IMG/VR virus record: IMGVR_UViG_3300038530_004289
Coordinates: 59,397 to 123,396 of that record
Direction: 5' to 3' (one strand)
From: a virus
Taxonomy: Duplodnaviria; Caudoviricetes
DNA length: 64,000 nucleotides
In this document: one piece after another, positions 18,242 through 27,287 of the stretch
Numbering within the stretch: the first letter of the stretch is position 1
How the letters are laid out: each line of letters begins with the position of its first letter
Program-made: the position numbers and the translations under genes
Notes under the pieces: generated by a model
Told to the model about the DNA's origin: nothing
Seen by the model: the letters and a program-made list of their open reading frames with translations, nothing else
The model's database searches: none

Positions 18242-18814
18242 TCAAGAATTTTTCTTACTCAAGAGATAAGTTCCTACAAGGGCGACCCCAATAGCCGAAA
18301 CTTGAACAACAGGTTTTGAAGCAGTCCTCACCAAACCACTCATAAATCCTGTGCTTTGCATTGGCTTATTTGCTTCAACGGAATCAGTCATACTACTTAC
18401 ACTCACATCACTTTCAGCGAGTTCAGCAGGTGGAGGTTCTTGTCGCAAACCAAAGATGTTTTCCCACCACCCACCTACATAGGTTTGTTGCTTTCGATAA
18501 GCCTCAGCACCCGGCATGACATAATTCATGTAATAAAAATCCTGTGGGTCTGCTCCTGTGGAGGGTGTGAAATTCAAATAGCCAAACGGAATGCTACCTC
18601 CTTTGTATGGTTGAAATTGAGTTCCATCTTGGTTGAGTGTGAAAATTTGAGGCTCCCATGCCGCACCTGCCGCAGTAGTTGGAGATTTGGTAACAGGATT
18701 GTCATTGTCATCGTAGCCAATAATTTCATTCCGATTCCCTGAAGAATCAATGATGTAGCAAGTTCTTGTGAATAAACTGCCGGGGTCGCATTCCATGTTG
18801 TATCCCGTAGTCAT
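18242..18814 (-). CDS. Tail-anchored hypothetical protein
   Basis: Start MTTGYN 29 nt from TTAACAATC; ends VSAIGVALVGTYLLSKKNS. Confidence 0.7.
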   Translation of the reverse strand: MTTGYNMECDPGSLFTRTCYIIDSSGNRNEIIGYDDNDNPVTKSPTTAAGAAWEPQIFTLNQDGTQFQPYKGGSIPFGYLNFTPSTGADPQDFYYMNYVMPGAEAYRKQQTYVGGWWENIFGLRQEPPPAELAESDVSVSSMTDSVEANKPMQSTGFMSGLVRTASKPVVQVSAIGVALVGTYLLSKKNS

Positions 18815-18851
18815 ACCAACAGTAGTGTGCTTTTGATTGTTAAAGATTCGC

Positions 18852-19250
18852 CTAAACCACTTGATTGAACATAAACATCGCATGGTGGCTCAAAGGTGCA
18901 TCCATGTTCATCGCATCTCGGATTGAAACCCACCTGTAATCATCATGTTCCTCAGAAAGGATTACTTCATCATCACCTTCAACGATAGCCATAAACCCAT
19001 GATATACCTTTTTCATATCCGAGTCAATGTGCGGTTCGAGTGTTTTGATGATTTTCACATTTAGACCTGATTCTTCGTAGGTTTCTTTGATTGCAGTTTG
19101 AACCATAGTTTCATCACCATCGGGTTTCCCACCCGGCAATTCATACATTCCGTGATTAGAAGTTTCATGAATAGACCTCCTTAGAAGGAGAATTTTATCT
19201 CCATTCATCACAAGACATCCTGCCGCATTTCGATATCCAAAGATGTTCAT
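18852..19250 (-). CDS. Nudix hydrolase (MutT-like)
   Basis: Nudix box GGKPDGDETMVQTAIKETYEESGL; SEEHDDYRW. Confidence 0.9.
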   Translation of the reverse strand: MNIFGYRNAAGCLVMNGDKILLLRRSIHETSNHGMYELPGGKPDGDETMVQTAIKETYEESGLNVKIIKTLEPHIDSDMKKVYHGFMAIVEGDDEVILSEEHDDYRWVSIRDAMNMDAPLSHHAMFMFNQVV

Positions 19251-19337
19251 AGTGCAACGCACTTCAACCTCATTAATAAGGTTTGCCCCGAACCTCGCAA
19301 AGTTGGAGGCACTTGTTGAATTTAATCAGAGTTTCAT

Positions 19338-21038
19338 TCAAGACTCTAAATCATCAGGAATGCCATCTGCATCATCATCCGAATCAAGATAATCATCCAA
19401 TCCGTCATTGTCATGGTCGAATTGTCCTGTTAGTGGATTTCCATCATTGTTCTCAAACCAATCACTCAAACCATCATTGTCATCATCGGTATCTGTCTTG
19501 TCCCAAATTCCGTCATTGTCATGGTCGTATCGGTAGTTTCCAACCATGCCATCCAACTCTTCGGTATCAAGAATTCCGTCATTGTCATCATCGGTGTCAA
19601 TGCCATCATCGAGGCCGTCATTGTCATGGTCCCGCATCGCTGAAGTTCCATTCTCATGAACATCCTTTTCATTGTCAATGCCATCATTGTCAATATCCAA
19701 ATCAAACATATCAGAAATGCCGTCATTGTCATGGTCATAAATGTCGGTGTTTGGGTTTCCATCATTGACTTCTTCCTCATCATTGATTCCATCACCATCA
19801 TCATCGTCATCTTCTGCATCATCTATACCGTCATTGTCATGGTCAGTCGGAGATTCATCAATAACATCAGGGATGCCATCATTATCATCATCGGTATCTA
19901 ATTCATCAGGGATACCATCGCCATCGTTATCATTGTCGCCATTTTGTTGTTGATTATCCAACTGTTGCCCTTGTTGTTGGTCGTTTTGGGAGCCTTGCTG
20001 ACCTTGCTGACCATTCTGTGTTTGCCCCTGTTGTTGTTGATTTTGTCCGTTTTGATTTTGCCCGCCTTGATTCTGAGATTGTTGGTCGCCCTGCTGACCG
20101 CCCTGCTGACCGCCCTGTTGTTGCTGACCTTGCCCATTATCCTGTTGCTGACCTTGCTGACCTTGATTACCTTGTTGGCCTTGTTGTCCTGACTGTTGGC
20201 CTCCTTGTTGGCCTTGTTGTCCTGCCTGACCCTGCTGACCTTGCTGACCTTGCTGACCTTGATTACCTTGCCCCTGTCCTTGTCCTTGACCTTGCCCCTG
20301 TCCTTGTCCTTGACCTTGGCCTTGACCTTGACCTTGACCTTGCCCTTGTCCTTGACCTTGGCCCTGACCTTGGCCTTGACCTTGACCTTGCCCCTGTCCT
20401 TGTCCTTGACCCTGACCTTGCCCTTGTCCTTGACCTTGACCTTGACCTTGGCCTTGACCTTGACCTTGCCCCTGTCCTTGTCCTTGACCCTGACCCTGAC
20501 CTTGGCCCTCGCCTTGTCCGTTATCGTTGGATTCTCCACCACCCTCGGTTCCTCCATTTCCTGAACCTGCTTGTGATTCTTGGAAGTCGGGGTCGTAGGC
20601 ATCAGGAATACCATCACCATCGGAATCAGAGTATTCTCCGTCATTAGGGTCGTTTGGGAATGCGTCTGTGCCATCAGGCTTACCATCACCATCGGTATCT
20701 GCGTTATTGGGATTTGTCCCTTTTGCATACTCTTGAGAGTTGGTCAAGCCATCCCCATCAGGGTCGCCATTGGCATCTCCCCCATTTGTGGGATTCAAAC
20801 CATTACTCACTTCCCAACCATCAGGTAATCCATCTCCATCGGAATCAGGATTATTCATGTTGGTTCCTGCGTCTTGTTCTTCTTTGTTTGTCAGTCCATC
20901 GCCATCCCAATCTGCACCGCCATCTGACGGGTCGAGGGGGTCGCTTCCTTGAGCCATAACTAATCCCGAACTCATAATGAGTAGGATTGCCATCACCACA
21001 ATTGTTATCGTATTTTGAAATTTACTTTTTTGTTCCAT
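19338..21038 (-). CDS. Secreted or surface Ca-binding DxDxDG (TSP3-like) repeat protein with (GQ)n and Q-rich linker
   Basis: N-terminal signal/TM; NPDSDGDG repeats; five DHDNDG units; central GQ tract. Confidence 0.85.
   Translation of the reverse strand: MEQKSKFQNTITIVVMAILLIMSSGLVMAQGSDPLDPSDGGADWDGDGLTNKEEQDAGTNMNNPDSDGDGLPDGWEVSNGLNPTNGGDANGDPDGDGLTNSQEYAKGTNPNNADTDGDGKPDGTDAFPNDPNDGEYSDSDGDGIPDAYDPDFQESQAGSGNGGTEGGGESNDNGQGEGQGQGQGQGQGQGQGQGQGQGQGQGQGQGQGQGQGQGQGQGQGQGQGQGQGQGQGQGQGQGQGQGQGQGQGQGQGQGQGQGNQGQQGQQGQQGQAGQQGQQGGQQSGQQGQQGNQGQQGQQQDNGQGQQQQGGQQGGQQGDQQSQNQGGQNQNGQNQQQQGQTQNGQQGQQGSQNDQQQGQQLDNQQQNGDNDNDGDGIPDELDTDDDNDGIPDVIDESPTDHDNDGIDDAEDDDDDGDGINDEEEVNDGNPNTDIYDHDNDGISDMFDLDIDNDGIDNEKDVHENGTSAMRDHDNDGLDDGIDTDDDNDGILDTEELDGMVGNYRYDHDNDGIWDKTDTDDDNDGLSDWFENNDGNPLTGQFDHDNDGLDDYLDSDDDADGIPDDLES
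20268..20507 (-). repeat. In-frame tract of 40 Gly-Gln dipeptides, codon-diversified
   Basis: 240 nt of GGN-CAR hexamers. Confidence 0.95.
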
Positions 21039-21122
21039 TTTACCATTCTTCTTTGTCGTTCATAGGGAAACCACTTTTCCCTCTAAACTTTAGATTTGAT
21101 TACTACTACTTAAGGATTACTA

Positions 21123-21374
21123 TCAACAAAGATTATTTGAGTCATCAGATTCAGAAGGACAATCTTTTCCATTTTTGAATTTATCACAAGGTATGCAAAA
21201 GTCATCCCCATCATAAATTTCAGGGCTGAAAAATGTAGTTCCCTTTTGTTTGAATCCACAAAAAATACACTCATAATAGTCATCAAAGTGCTGATAACAC
21301 CACTTTTTCAATCCACATTCGGGACACTTCTTATCTGTGAGAGTGTATTTTCCACTTATGATAGACTCGGCCAT
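21123..21374 (-). CDS. Small Zn-ribbon protein
   Basis: CPEC, CIFC and CIPC pairs. Confidence 0.55.
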   Translation of the reverse strand: MAESIISGKYTLTDKKCPECGLKKWCYQHFDDYYECIFCGFKQKGTTFFSPEIYDGDDFCIPCDKFKNGKDCPSESDDSNNLC

Positions 21375-23140
21375 ACACCATCGTAAGGAGATGTTGTATT
21401 TGAACTTTCTGCTTGCATGATTGCCATAGGTCTTGGTTCTCCAACTTGTAAGTCCACAAGAGTAATTGATGGTGCATCTCTCAAGTTTCCATTGGTGTCG
21501 AGTGGGTATGGAACTCTTGCTTGTTCATTTTTGAAATAGCCCAATGACTTTTGACCAATCCTCATTTCACACCTTGCTTCTCTCATTTTCAGAGTAAGTG
21601 GCTCATAAGTTTTCCCATCCTTTGTGATTTCTCCTTGGTTGAAGAATGGGAATTGCTTGCCCCAAACCTCGCCCATCCAAAAGTCTCGGAGGTAAGAGGC
21701 AGGATATCCTTTTGCCATGTAAGAACAAACCGTTGGGAAAAATGGGTTGCACCAATTGTTATCGTATTCAGGCAACCTAACCAATCTTGCCAACTTCGAT
21801 GTTCCGATTGCTCTCAGCAATTTAGGTTCTCCCGTTTGAGGGTCGGAATAAGGAACTGCAAAGTTTGAGAAGAACAGTCTCGGCCAATACATGAAAACAG
21901 GCAACTCATCAAGACTCCAACCGAGTTCCTTCCAAATCAAGGAATAAGCAATTTCGGTTTCCCAAAGGTCGCAACCTCGAATCATGTGAGATACTTTCAA
22001 GTCATGGTCATCAACGGCTCCCTGAAATGCAAGGTAAGGCCAAACATAACCCTCAATGTTGGGGTGAGTTCTGAATGTGGCTCTCATAATCTTGATATCC
22101 CTGAATTTGCCGTATGAATCCATTGGTGTTTTTAACCAAACTGTCGGAACTGTGGTTTGCCCCACCCCTACGATGTGATTGTCCGTTGGTTTTTTTGTGG
22201 AACCATCTTCCTCGGTGTAATATCCGTTTTGAATCATTTCCTCAAACTGCCGAAGGTTTGTTTCGATACTCTTATTCCTGTCAGGAGATTCTATGCCTTC
22301 CTTTTCCATAGGTCGCTGATAAAATTCGGAAAAATCTCCTTGTGGAATAAATGAAACATAAGCCTTGCCTTCCTCAATGAGCCTTCTCGCCAATGTGATG
22401 TATCGGTTGCTATTTTCCGAAGAGATGTGAATTTTGTATTCACTTGGAGTTCTATCAGTCAAAAATTCAAACTCTTCTTTGATTTGACTGTAAAGTTCAG
22501 GAAGGGGTCGCTTTTGGTCAGGGTCAGTATCATCAAACCTCAAAATGTATTCACCATCGTATGCCTTCGCATAGATGTCATTAATGATAATTCCAAAAGA
22601 ATGTCCCATACTAAGCGGTCCATTTGGATTCGGTGCGAACCTAACCCTTACCCTATCCATTCGTGTAGGTGGCAATTCAGGCAATCCTCTGAGTTGAGCC
22701 GAAAATGCTTCTCTCTTCATGTAATCAAACAATTCGGGGGAGGATACTTCCATGAGCCTGAGTTCTGTGTTTTCAATTTCTCTTCGTAGGGCTAATTCTC
22801 CTTCAGAGTAATACAATTCCTCATAGTGTCGAAGCCTGTTTTGAATCATTTTGATGAGAACCTTTGTCTGTTTTCTATCGAAATTCAAGAAAGGAAGTTC
22901 GGGGCGCATGAGGGCTTGCCGAATTGTATTGACGGCCTTTTTACTTGGTTGCCCGTTTGTTTTCAATACTTCACTTGCACAGAAGTAATTCACCGCAAAG
23001 GGAACATCATACAGTTCACCTGACCAATCTTCTGCTAAATACTTGGAAAGGAAAGTTTTCTTGGTAAGGTAATCTAATCCTTTGAATGTCGCAAAAACTC
23101 CAACACCTAATGCCAAAATTTCCTTCCATCGAGAATCCAT
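21356..23140 (-). CDS. Glutamyl-tRNA synthetase-like catalytic domain with N-terminal membrane anchor and variant HIGH motif
   Basis: RVRFAPNPNGPLSMGH, LRFDDTDP, EGKAYV, VWPYLAFQGAVDDH, SHMIRGCD, GTSK; start 23140 is 29 nt from TTAAGTATC. Confidence 0.85.
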   Translation of the reverse strand: MDSRWKEILALGVGVFATFKGLDYLTKKTFLSKYLAEDWSGELYDVPFAVNYFCASEVLKTNGQPSKKAVNTIRQALMRPELPFLNFDRKQTKVLIKMIQNRLRHYEELYYSEGELALRREIENTELRLMEVSSPELFDYMKREAFSAQLRGLPELPPTRMDRVRVRFAPNPNGPLSMGHSFGIIINDIYAKAYDGEYILRFDDTDPDQKRPLPELYSQIKEEFEFLTDRTPSEYKIHISSENSNRYITLARRLIEEGKAYVSFIPQGDFSEFYQRPMEKEGIESPDRNKSIETNLRQFEEMIQNGYYTEEDGSTKKPTDNHIVGVGQTTVPTVWLKTPMDSYGKFRDIKIMRATFRTHPNIEGYVWPYLAFQGAVDDHDLKVSHMIRGCDLWETEIAYSLIWKELGWSLDELPVFMYWPRLFFSNFAVPYSDPQTGEPKLLRAIGTSKLARLVRLPEYDNNWCNPFFPTVCSYMAKGYPASYLRDFWMGEVWGKQFPFFNQGEITKDGKTYEPLTLKMREARCEMRIGQKSLGYFKNEQARVPYPLDTNGNLRDAPSITLVDLQVGEPRPMAIMQAESSNTTSPYDGVWPSLS

Positions 23141-23160
23141 AATGTTGAACTTCACTTTCT

Positions 23161-23169
23161 GATACTTAA
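23161..23169 (-). promoter_or_regulatory. TTAAGTATC promoter box (class A)
   Basis: 29 nt upstream of ATG 23140. Confidence 0.8.
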
Positions 23170-23433
23170 ACATGACGCTTAGAAAATGAGATAGCGCAAA
23201 CTAAATCCAACAATAAACATCAAAACAAATGCAAACAAAAAATTGTCTAAATCGTTGTCAAATAGAAAATCCTTCCGCATACGCTTCACCACTTATTGAA
23301 CTCGAAATCAGGTTGGGGCTTTTCTGTCAAAAAATAGACCAAAAACACAAGAAACAAAATTGTGATTCCACAACAGACCTCAAGCATACCTCGAAATCAG
23401 CGATTAGGTTGTTAAGTGTTTGGTTGGCAACCA

Positions 23434-23442
23434 TTAAGTATC
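23434..23442 (+). promoter_or_regulatory. TTAAGTATC promoter box (class A), plus strand
   Basis: 30 nt upstream of in-frame ATG 23464; orientation follows the gene. Confidence 0.8.
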
Positions 23443-23463
23443 AAAACCTCGATATCTTGTGTT

Positions 23464-24270
23464 ATGGTGGTTCGGAGATACCCTGCCCCCCCTGAATGGA
23501 TGGAGGGAAGTAAGTTGGAAGAGTTTCTTGACTTGTGGAGCGAAAATCCCGAAGAATGGAATTATCGGAGATATAATTCGGTTCAAGACGATAGGTGTTT
23601 TTTCAATCCTGACCATCAAGTATTCCTTTCACTTTTCTATCACAAGGCGTTAGACCAACGAAGGCCACCCGAAATAAGGAAACGAATAGCCTCTATCTTG
23701 CTTATTGGATTGATGAATAACTCTGACACATCATTCAGTAGTGGAAATTCATTCGATTTGATGAGTTGGAAGGGTTTATCAGAAACAGATAAGGAAAAGA
23801 TGAAGTTGTCGGGGGAGGGGGAGATGGGGCTATTGCGCTTCAGGTTGAGTCAAGATGAAAGATTGAAAATAAAACAGACCTTTGAATACAGAAACGGACT
23901 CAGAAATTCAGGAATTCCAATGATAGGTGTTGGTGGTGGAGGACTTATCAGAAACATACCATTTAGTGCAGGAGAGTGGGTGATGGGATGTATTTCCACC
24001 ATGTCTGCAATTAGTGATTTGTATGAGTTGCCTAATGGGTGGAATGAAGAAGTTGAAAATAAAGGCTTTTTGAGTGATGGGCAAATTTCGTTTATGGGTA
24101 GGCTGACTTTAGATGGAATGATTGAGACTTTACCGAATGTTTTGGAGGGTTGGCAAGCCCCATACAGAAGTGCATTGGTTGATACCTTCTATTGGTTTGA
24201 CCCCTTCGCAGAAGATAAAATCACACGCAACTTCATTTACGCTTACAACTATTACAGGGGGTCGAAATAG
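23464..24270 (+). CDS. Hypothetical protein with C-terminal IYAYNY tag; distant paralogue of the next gene
   Basis: Start MVVRRY; shares IG(L/M)MN(N/S)S and GWxxP with 24271..25110. Confidence 0.75.
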   Translation: MVVRRYPAPPEWMEGSKLEEFLDLWSENPEEWNYRRYNSVQDDRCFFNPDHQVFLSLFYHKALDQRRPPEIRKRIASILLIGLMNNSDTSFSSGNSFDLMSWKGLSETDKEKMKLSGEGEMGLLRFRLSQDERLKIKQTFEYRNGLRNSGIPMIGVGGGGLIRNIPFSAGEWVMGCISTMSAISDLYELPNGWNEEVENKGFLSDGQISFMGRLTLDGMIETLPNVLEGWQAPYRSALVDTFYWFDPFAEDKITRNFIYAYNYYRGSK

Positions 24271-25110
24271 ATGGTAAATCTTGATGAAAGGGTGAATAGA
24301 ATCTTCTTGGAAGAGTATGAAAAAGCATACAATGAAGTTATCCGTAAGTGGCCTTCAGACTATTTAGATTACTTGGTTGAATGGATATCACTCACTAAGG
24401 AATTAGACCAAGCAATCCGAGAGAGGGGTGCTTTTTTGATGCCTCGGCAAGAATACAGTCGAAACATAGGTGGAACCGAATTATATGAGAAAAATTTCTT
24501 GCCTCCACTTACAATTGCGATATACAACTTGATATTGAAAGAACTTGAAAATTCAGAAAATCTCTCCACTTCATCAAGGATGACGACAATAGACAAGAAA
24601 ACATTAGCGGGAAGAATTGTAATCGGGATGATGAATAGTAGCCTTAAATCGGTATCAAGCAACATACTGAGCCTGAGTCCTTTGAGGTCTGCACAGAAAA
24701 CAAAAACCAAGTTGCGGTATTTCATATCAAACTATCTCAAAGGATGTCTGCAAACGGCTTACGACAGAACAAATCGCAGGTTGCGTAGGTTTCCAACCCC
24801 TACAAAGATGATAAATAGAGAGGATTACCCATCGTTTAGGTATCCATTCACTCCTGAGGATGGGGGAGATATTGACTCAATTCCAATGAGGCAAGTCAAT
24901 GAATTTTTCCGATATCTTGGGGCGGGAACTGAGGGAGTTTCGTTTGAAGGAACGAGTTTCGATGGTTGGTCTGTTCCTTGGAAGGCGAATTTAATCACAA
25001 TTCCATCTGCATTGGCGGGTCTTGACCCCAATGACCCTGATTTGTTGAGCGTCTTAATTTCTGCAAGTCCAAGAAAAATTTACTCATACAATTTCCATAA
25101 GGGATTGTAG
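24271..25110 (+). CDS. Hypothetical protein with C-terminal IYSYNF tag
   Basis: 279 aa, abuts the previous stop; ends KIYSYNFHKGL. Confidence 0.75.
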   Translation: MVNLDERVNRIFLEEYEKAYNEVIRKWPSDYLDYLVEWISLTKELDQAIRERGAFLMPRQEYSRNIGGTELYEKNFLPPLTIAIYNLILKELENSENLSTSSRMTTIDKKTLAGRIVIGMMNSSLKSVSSNILSLSPLRSAQKTKTKLRYFISNYLKGCLQTAYDRTNRRLRRFPTPTKMINREDYPSFRYPFTPEDGGDIDSIPMRQVNEFFRYLGAGTEGVSFEGTSFDGWSVPWKANLITIPSALAGLDPNDPDLLSVLISASPRKIYSYNFHKGL

Positions 25111-25112
25111 GT

Positions 25113-25187
25113 TGGCGAGCATACAGGGAATCGAACCCCGATTTTCGGCTTAGGAGGCCAATGTGATATCCATTACACTATACGCTC
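25113..25187 (-). tRNA. tRNA-Arg(CCT), CCA encoded
   Basis: Acceptor GAGCGTA/TATGCTC-G-CCA; anticodon arm TTGGC-CTCCTAA-GCCGA; T loop TTCGATT; A20. Confidence 0.92.
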
Positions 25188-25202
25188 AGATTTGGAATAA
25201 AA

Positions 25203-25277
25203 TGGTGGACAAGGCGGGAATTGAACCCGCAGTCTTTCCGCCCGCAACGGAATGTTTTTCCATTAAACTACTCGCCC
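25203..25277 (-). tRNA. tRNA-Arg(GCG), CCA encoded
   Basis: Acceptor GGGCGAG/CTTGTCC-A-CCA; anticodon arm TTCCG-TTGCGGG-CGGAA; T loop TTCAATT; TTAAATAG box 31 nt upstream. Confidence 0.88.
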
Positions 25278-25300
25278 ATGATAATCCATATAGGCCACCT

Positions 25301-25495
25301 CTATTTAACCTTTTGCCATAGAGGTCTGCCTTTGACAACTTGAAACCAACATCGAGGACAAAGCCATCGGCCATCGGGTGTGGTTGAATTCTTTCTTTCT
25401 TCTATATAGCCCCACCTGCCACAGTCTTCACAAGCAATTCTGCCATACCTATCCACCTTCAATCGTTTGGGTATTTCATATTCCATGATATTCAC
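25301..25495 (-). CDS. Small Zn-finger protein between tRNAs
   Basis: CEDC...CPRC; GGTGA SD. Confidence 0.55.
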   Translation of the reverse strand: MNIMEYEIPKRLKVDRYGRIACEDCGRWGYIEERKNSTTPDGRWLCPRCWFQVVKGRPLWQKVK

Positions 25496-25509
25496 CTTTG
25501 AAAATTAAA

Positions 25510-25581
25510 CGGGCGTGAGAGGAATCGAACCCCTATCCTCGGCTTAGAAGGCCAAGATGCTATCCATTACACCACACACCC
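25510..25581 (-). tRNA. tRNA-Arg(TCT), CCA not encoded
   Basis: Acceptor GGGTGTG/CACGCCC-G; anticodon arm TTGGC-CTTCTAA-GCCGA; T loop TTCGATT; A20. Confidence 0.92.
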
Positions 25582-25588
25582 ATTGAAT

Positions 25589-25825
25589 TCAGTTTTGGGG
25601 TCGAGAAACAAGGAAGTATCTCTTGTATCTCTGACCTGTCAAATCTCTCTTCCACTCTGCTCGGAAATCATATCCTCGCTCTTTCAAGTCTGCGATTCTT
25701 CGAGGCAACGCTCGAATCTTATACACCGCTTGAGCCTCAATGTTGCTGATATTATCAACATTCTCAAAGTGTTCCATAAGCATTTCAATTTGGGTAAGTC
25801 CTTTCATTGTCTTCATAACTCTCAC
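25589..25825 (-). CDS. Small winged HTH protein (phage HTH_39-like)
   Basis: TQIEML...ISNIEA...IRALPRRIADLKERGY...YKRYFL pattern. Confidence 0.7.
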   Translation of the reverse strand: MRVMKTMKGLTQIEMLMEHFENVDNISNIEAQAVYKIRALPRRIADLKERGYDFRAEWKRDLTGQRYKRYFLVSRPQN

Positions 25826-25914
25826 TTAATTGATGGTTGTGCTGATACCTTTATCAAGTTTTCGTTGAAATCTTTCTTCTTCCAAGTTTTCAAAACCATA
25901 CCATAATTGTAAAT

Positions 25915-26109
25915 TCATCTCCGTTCATTCAGGGGAACCCAACGAAGCGATTGTTTTTTTGTGTCTTGTATTTCCAAAGTGTTTAAGTTTGGATTGTATC
26001 GAATGTAGCATAGGATTTCTCCCGTTGCATTCTTTAATTTGATTCTCGTAAATTCATCCATCGAATTTACTTTCACCTTCATCTTATCCATTTTGGTTCC
26101 CCAAATCAA
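25915..26109 (-). CDS. Small hypothetical protein
   Basis: Fills the gap; TTAAATAGG box at 26124-26132. Confidence 0.5.
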   Translation of the reverse strand: MIWGTKMDKMKVKVNSMDEFTRIKLKNATGEILCYIRYNPNLNTLEIQDTKKQSLRWVPLNERR

Positions 26110-26141
26110 TCTTGAGGAAACAACCTATTTAAGCATTCGCT

Positions 26142-26813
26142 TCATCTGTTTCGATAAATCCATGCACTCGCCAAAGCCACTATCCCTCCAATTATAGGGA
26201 TTCGGAATGGTTTCTTTGATTTGTTTTCCTTTGATGGTTGAGGTTTTTGTATGGTTTTCCAATCATCACCTAAGACTCTATTTGCACCTTTTATGATTCT
26301 TTGAAGTGCTTGATTTTGGTTTTTTGCATAAGGGTATAAATCAAAATAGGGTGCTTTATCCTTTCCTTCAAGGTCTATCCTATCTCCCCCATAGATTATA
26401 TCATCAACCTTGAATGAATATCTCCATCCCCTGTTGCCTTTTGTGTCATTCCAAACCTTCTCAATTGTTGCATTGATGTAGGTATTTTCATCAAAGTTTG
26501 AATATCCATAGATGTAAATGAAACAATCCCACCTTCTATCGTTTGAGGTAATCCCATAGTCAGGAAAATCCGATTGAAGTTCTTTCCGAAAATAGATTGT
26601 ATCATCAACCAATGAAACTCTCCCTATGTTTCTAATTGGTCCGTATGAGTTATCGGGGTTTTCATCACTAATCCAATACTCATTAAGTTCAATCGGAATA
26701 GTTTTTTTCTTTCCCACTTTAGGAAAATGTCCCCTCATATCAAGGTATGCCTTTTTTCTAATCTCCGTTTTTCCTTCGGGATTAAATGTGTGTCGGTATT
26801 CCATTATGCTCAC
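26142..26813 (-). CDS. Tail-anchored hypothetical protein
   Basis: Ends IPIIGGIVALASAWIYRNR. Confidence 0.7.
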   Translation of the reverse strand: MSIMEYRHTFNPEGKTEIRKKAYLDMRGHFPKVGKKKTIPIELNEYWISDENPDNSYGPIRNIGRVSLVDDTIYFRKELQSDFPDYGITSNDRRWDCFIYIYGYSNFDENTYINATIEKVWNDTKGNRGWRYSFKVDDIIYGGDRIDLEGKDKAPYFDLYPYAKNQNQALQRIIKGANRVLGDDWKTIQKPQPSKENKSKKPFRIPIIGGIVALASAWIYRNR

Positions 26814-26847
26814 CTAATCTATACTATTATGGCCTCATATTTAAGCA

Positions 26848-27243
26848 TTATGCCGCAGTAGGAACATAAGTGGAAGCATCAGTCATACGAATAATTGCTT
26901 GAGTGTTGGAAATTCCTTCAAGTATTCCAACTGTGTTCATACCCATCCAAATCAAGTTCACCAAAACAGGTGCAAGTGCATCATGGTAGTAAGCAGTAGC
27001 AAGCAAACCTGATGAACCAACCAAACTGATACCATGATAAAGAGGGTCAGTATTTGCCAACCATCCTCTTGATACTGCTACGACTGCTCCAAGTTGAAGT
27101 GCGCCACCCAAATAACCAACACCATCCATTATCTTTCTGCCATATTTTTCTTCAAGCATGGCTTGGATAGATTTCATGTTTTTTAACAGATAGAAACCCG
27201 ATGCACCGAATACGAATACAGTTCCGATGATTATCTTGCTCAT
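26848..27243 (-). CDS. Multi-TM membrane protein (CBU_0592/SemiSWEET-like pattern)
   Basis: GYLGGALQL...LYHGISLVGSSGLL...LVNLIW. Confidence 0.55.
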   Translation of the reverse strand: MSKIIIGTVFVFGASGFYLLKNMKSIQAMLEEKYGRKIMDGVGYLGGALQLGAVVAVSRGWLANTDPLYHGISLVGSSGLLATAYYHDALAPVLVNLIWMGMNTVGILEGISNTQAIIRMTDASTYVPTAA

Positions 27244-27287
27244 GAGTATCCCTCTATCGTTGTTGGTGCTGAGTGTTAAAGATTCCC

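Noticed and set aside
19402-19844. Five identical 17-nt repeats (CCGTCATTGTCATGGTC) spaced 105-108 nt apart, superficially CRISPR-like
   Set aside because: In-frame DHDNDG codons of the 19338..21038 protein; spacers are mutually similar, spacing is a multiple of 3, and no cas genes are present
19898-20728. Alternative-frame ORFs with (KV)n, (LD)n and (LT)n runs
   Set aside because: Shadows of the GQ repeat in other frames and on the other strand
21356-23140. Housekeeping gltX implying a cellular chromosome
   Set aside because: N-terminal TM, altered HIGH motif, no recognisable anticodon domain and viral gene context
25113-25187. tRNA 3' end as an integration (att) site for the inverted block
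   Set aside because: No duplicated tRNA 3' fragment and no integrase seen in the window
25186-25374. 62-aa ORF across the tRNA region
   Set aside because: Overlaps a well-formed tRNA-Arg(GCG) and its promoter
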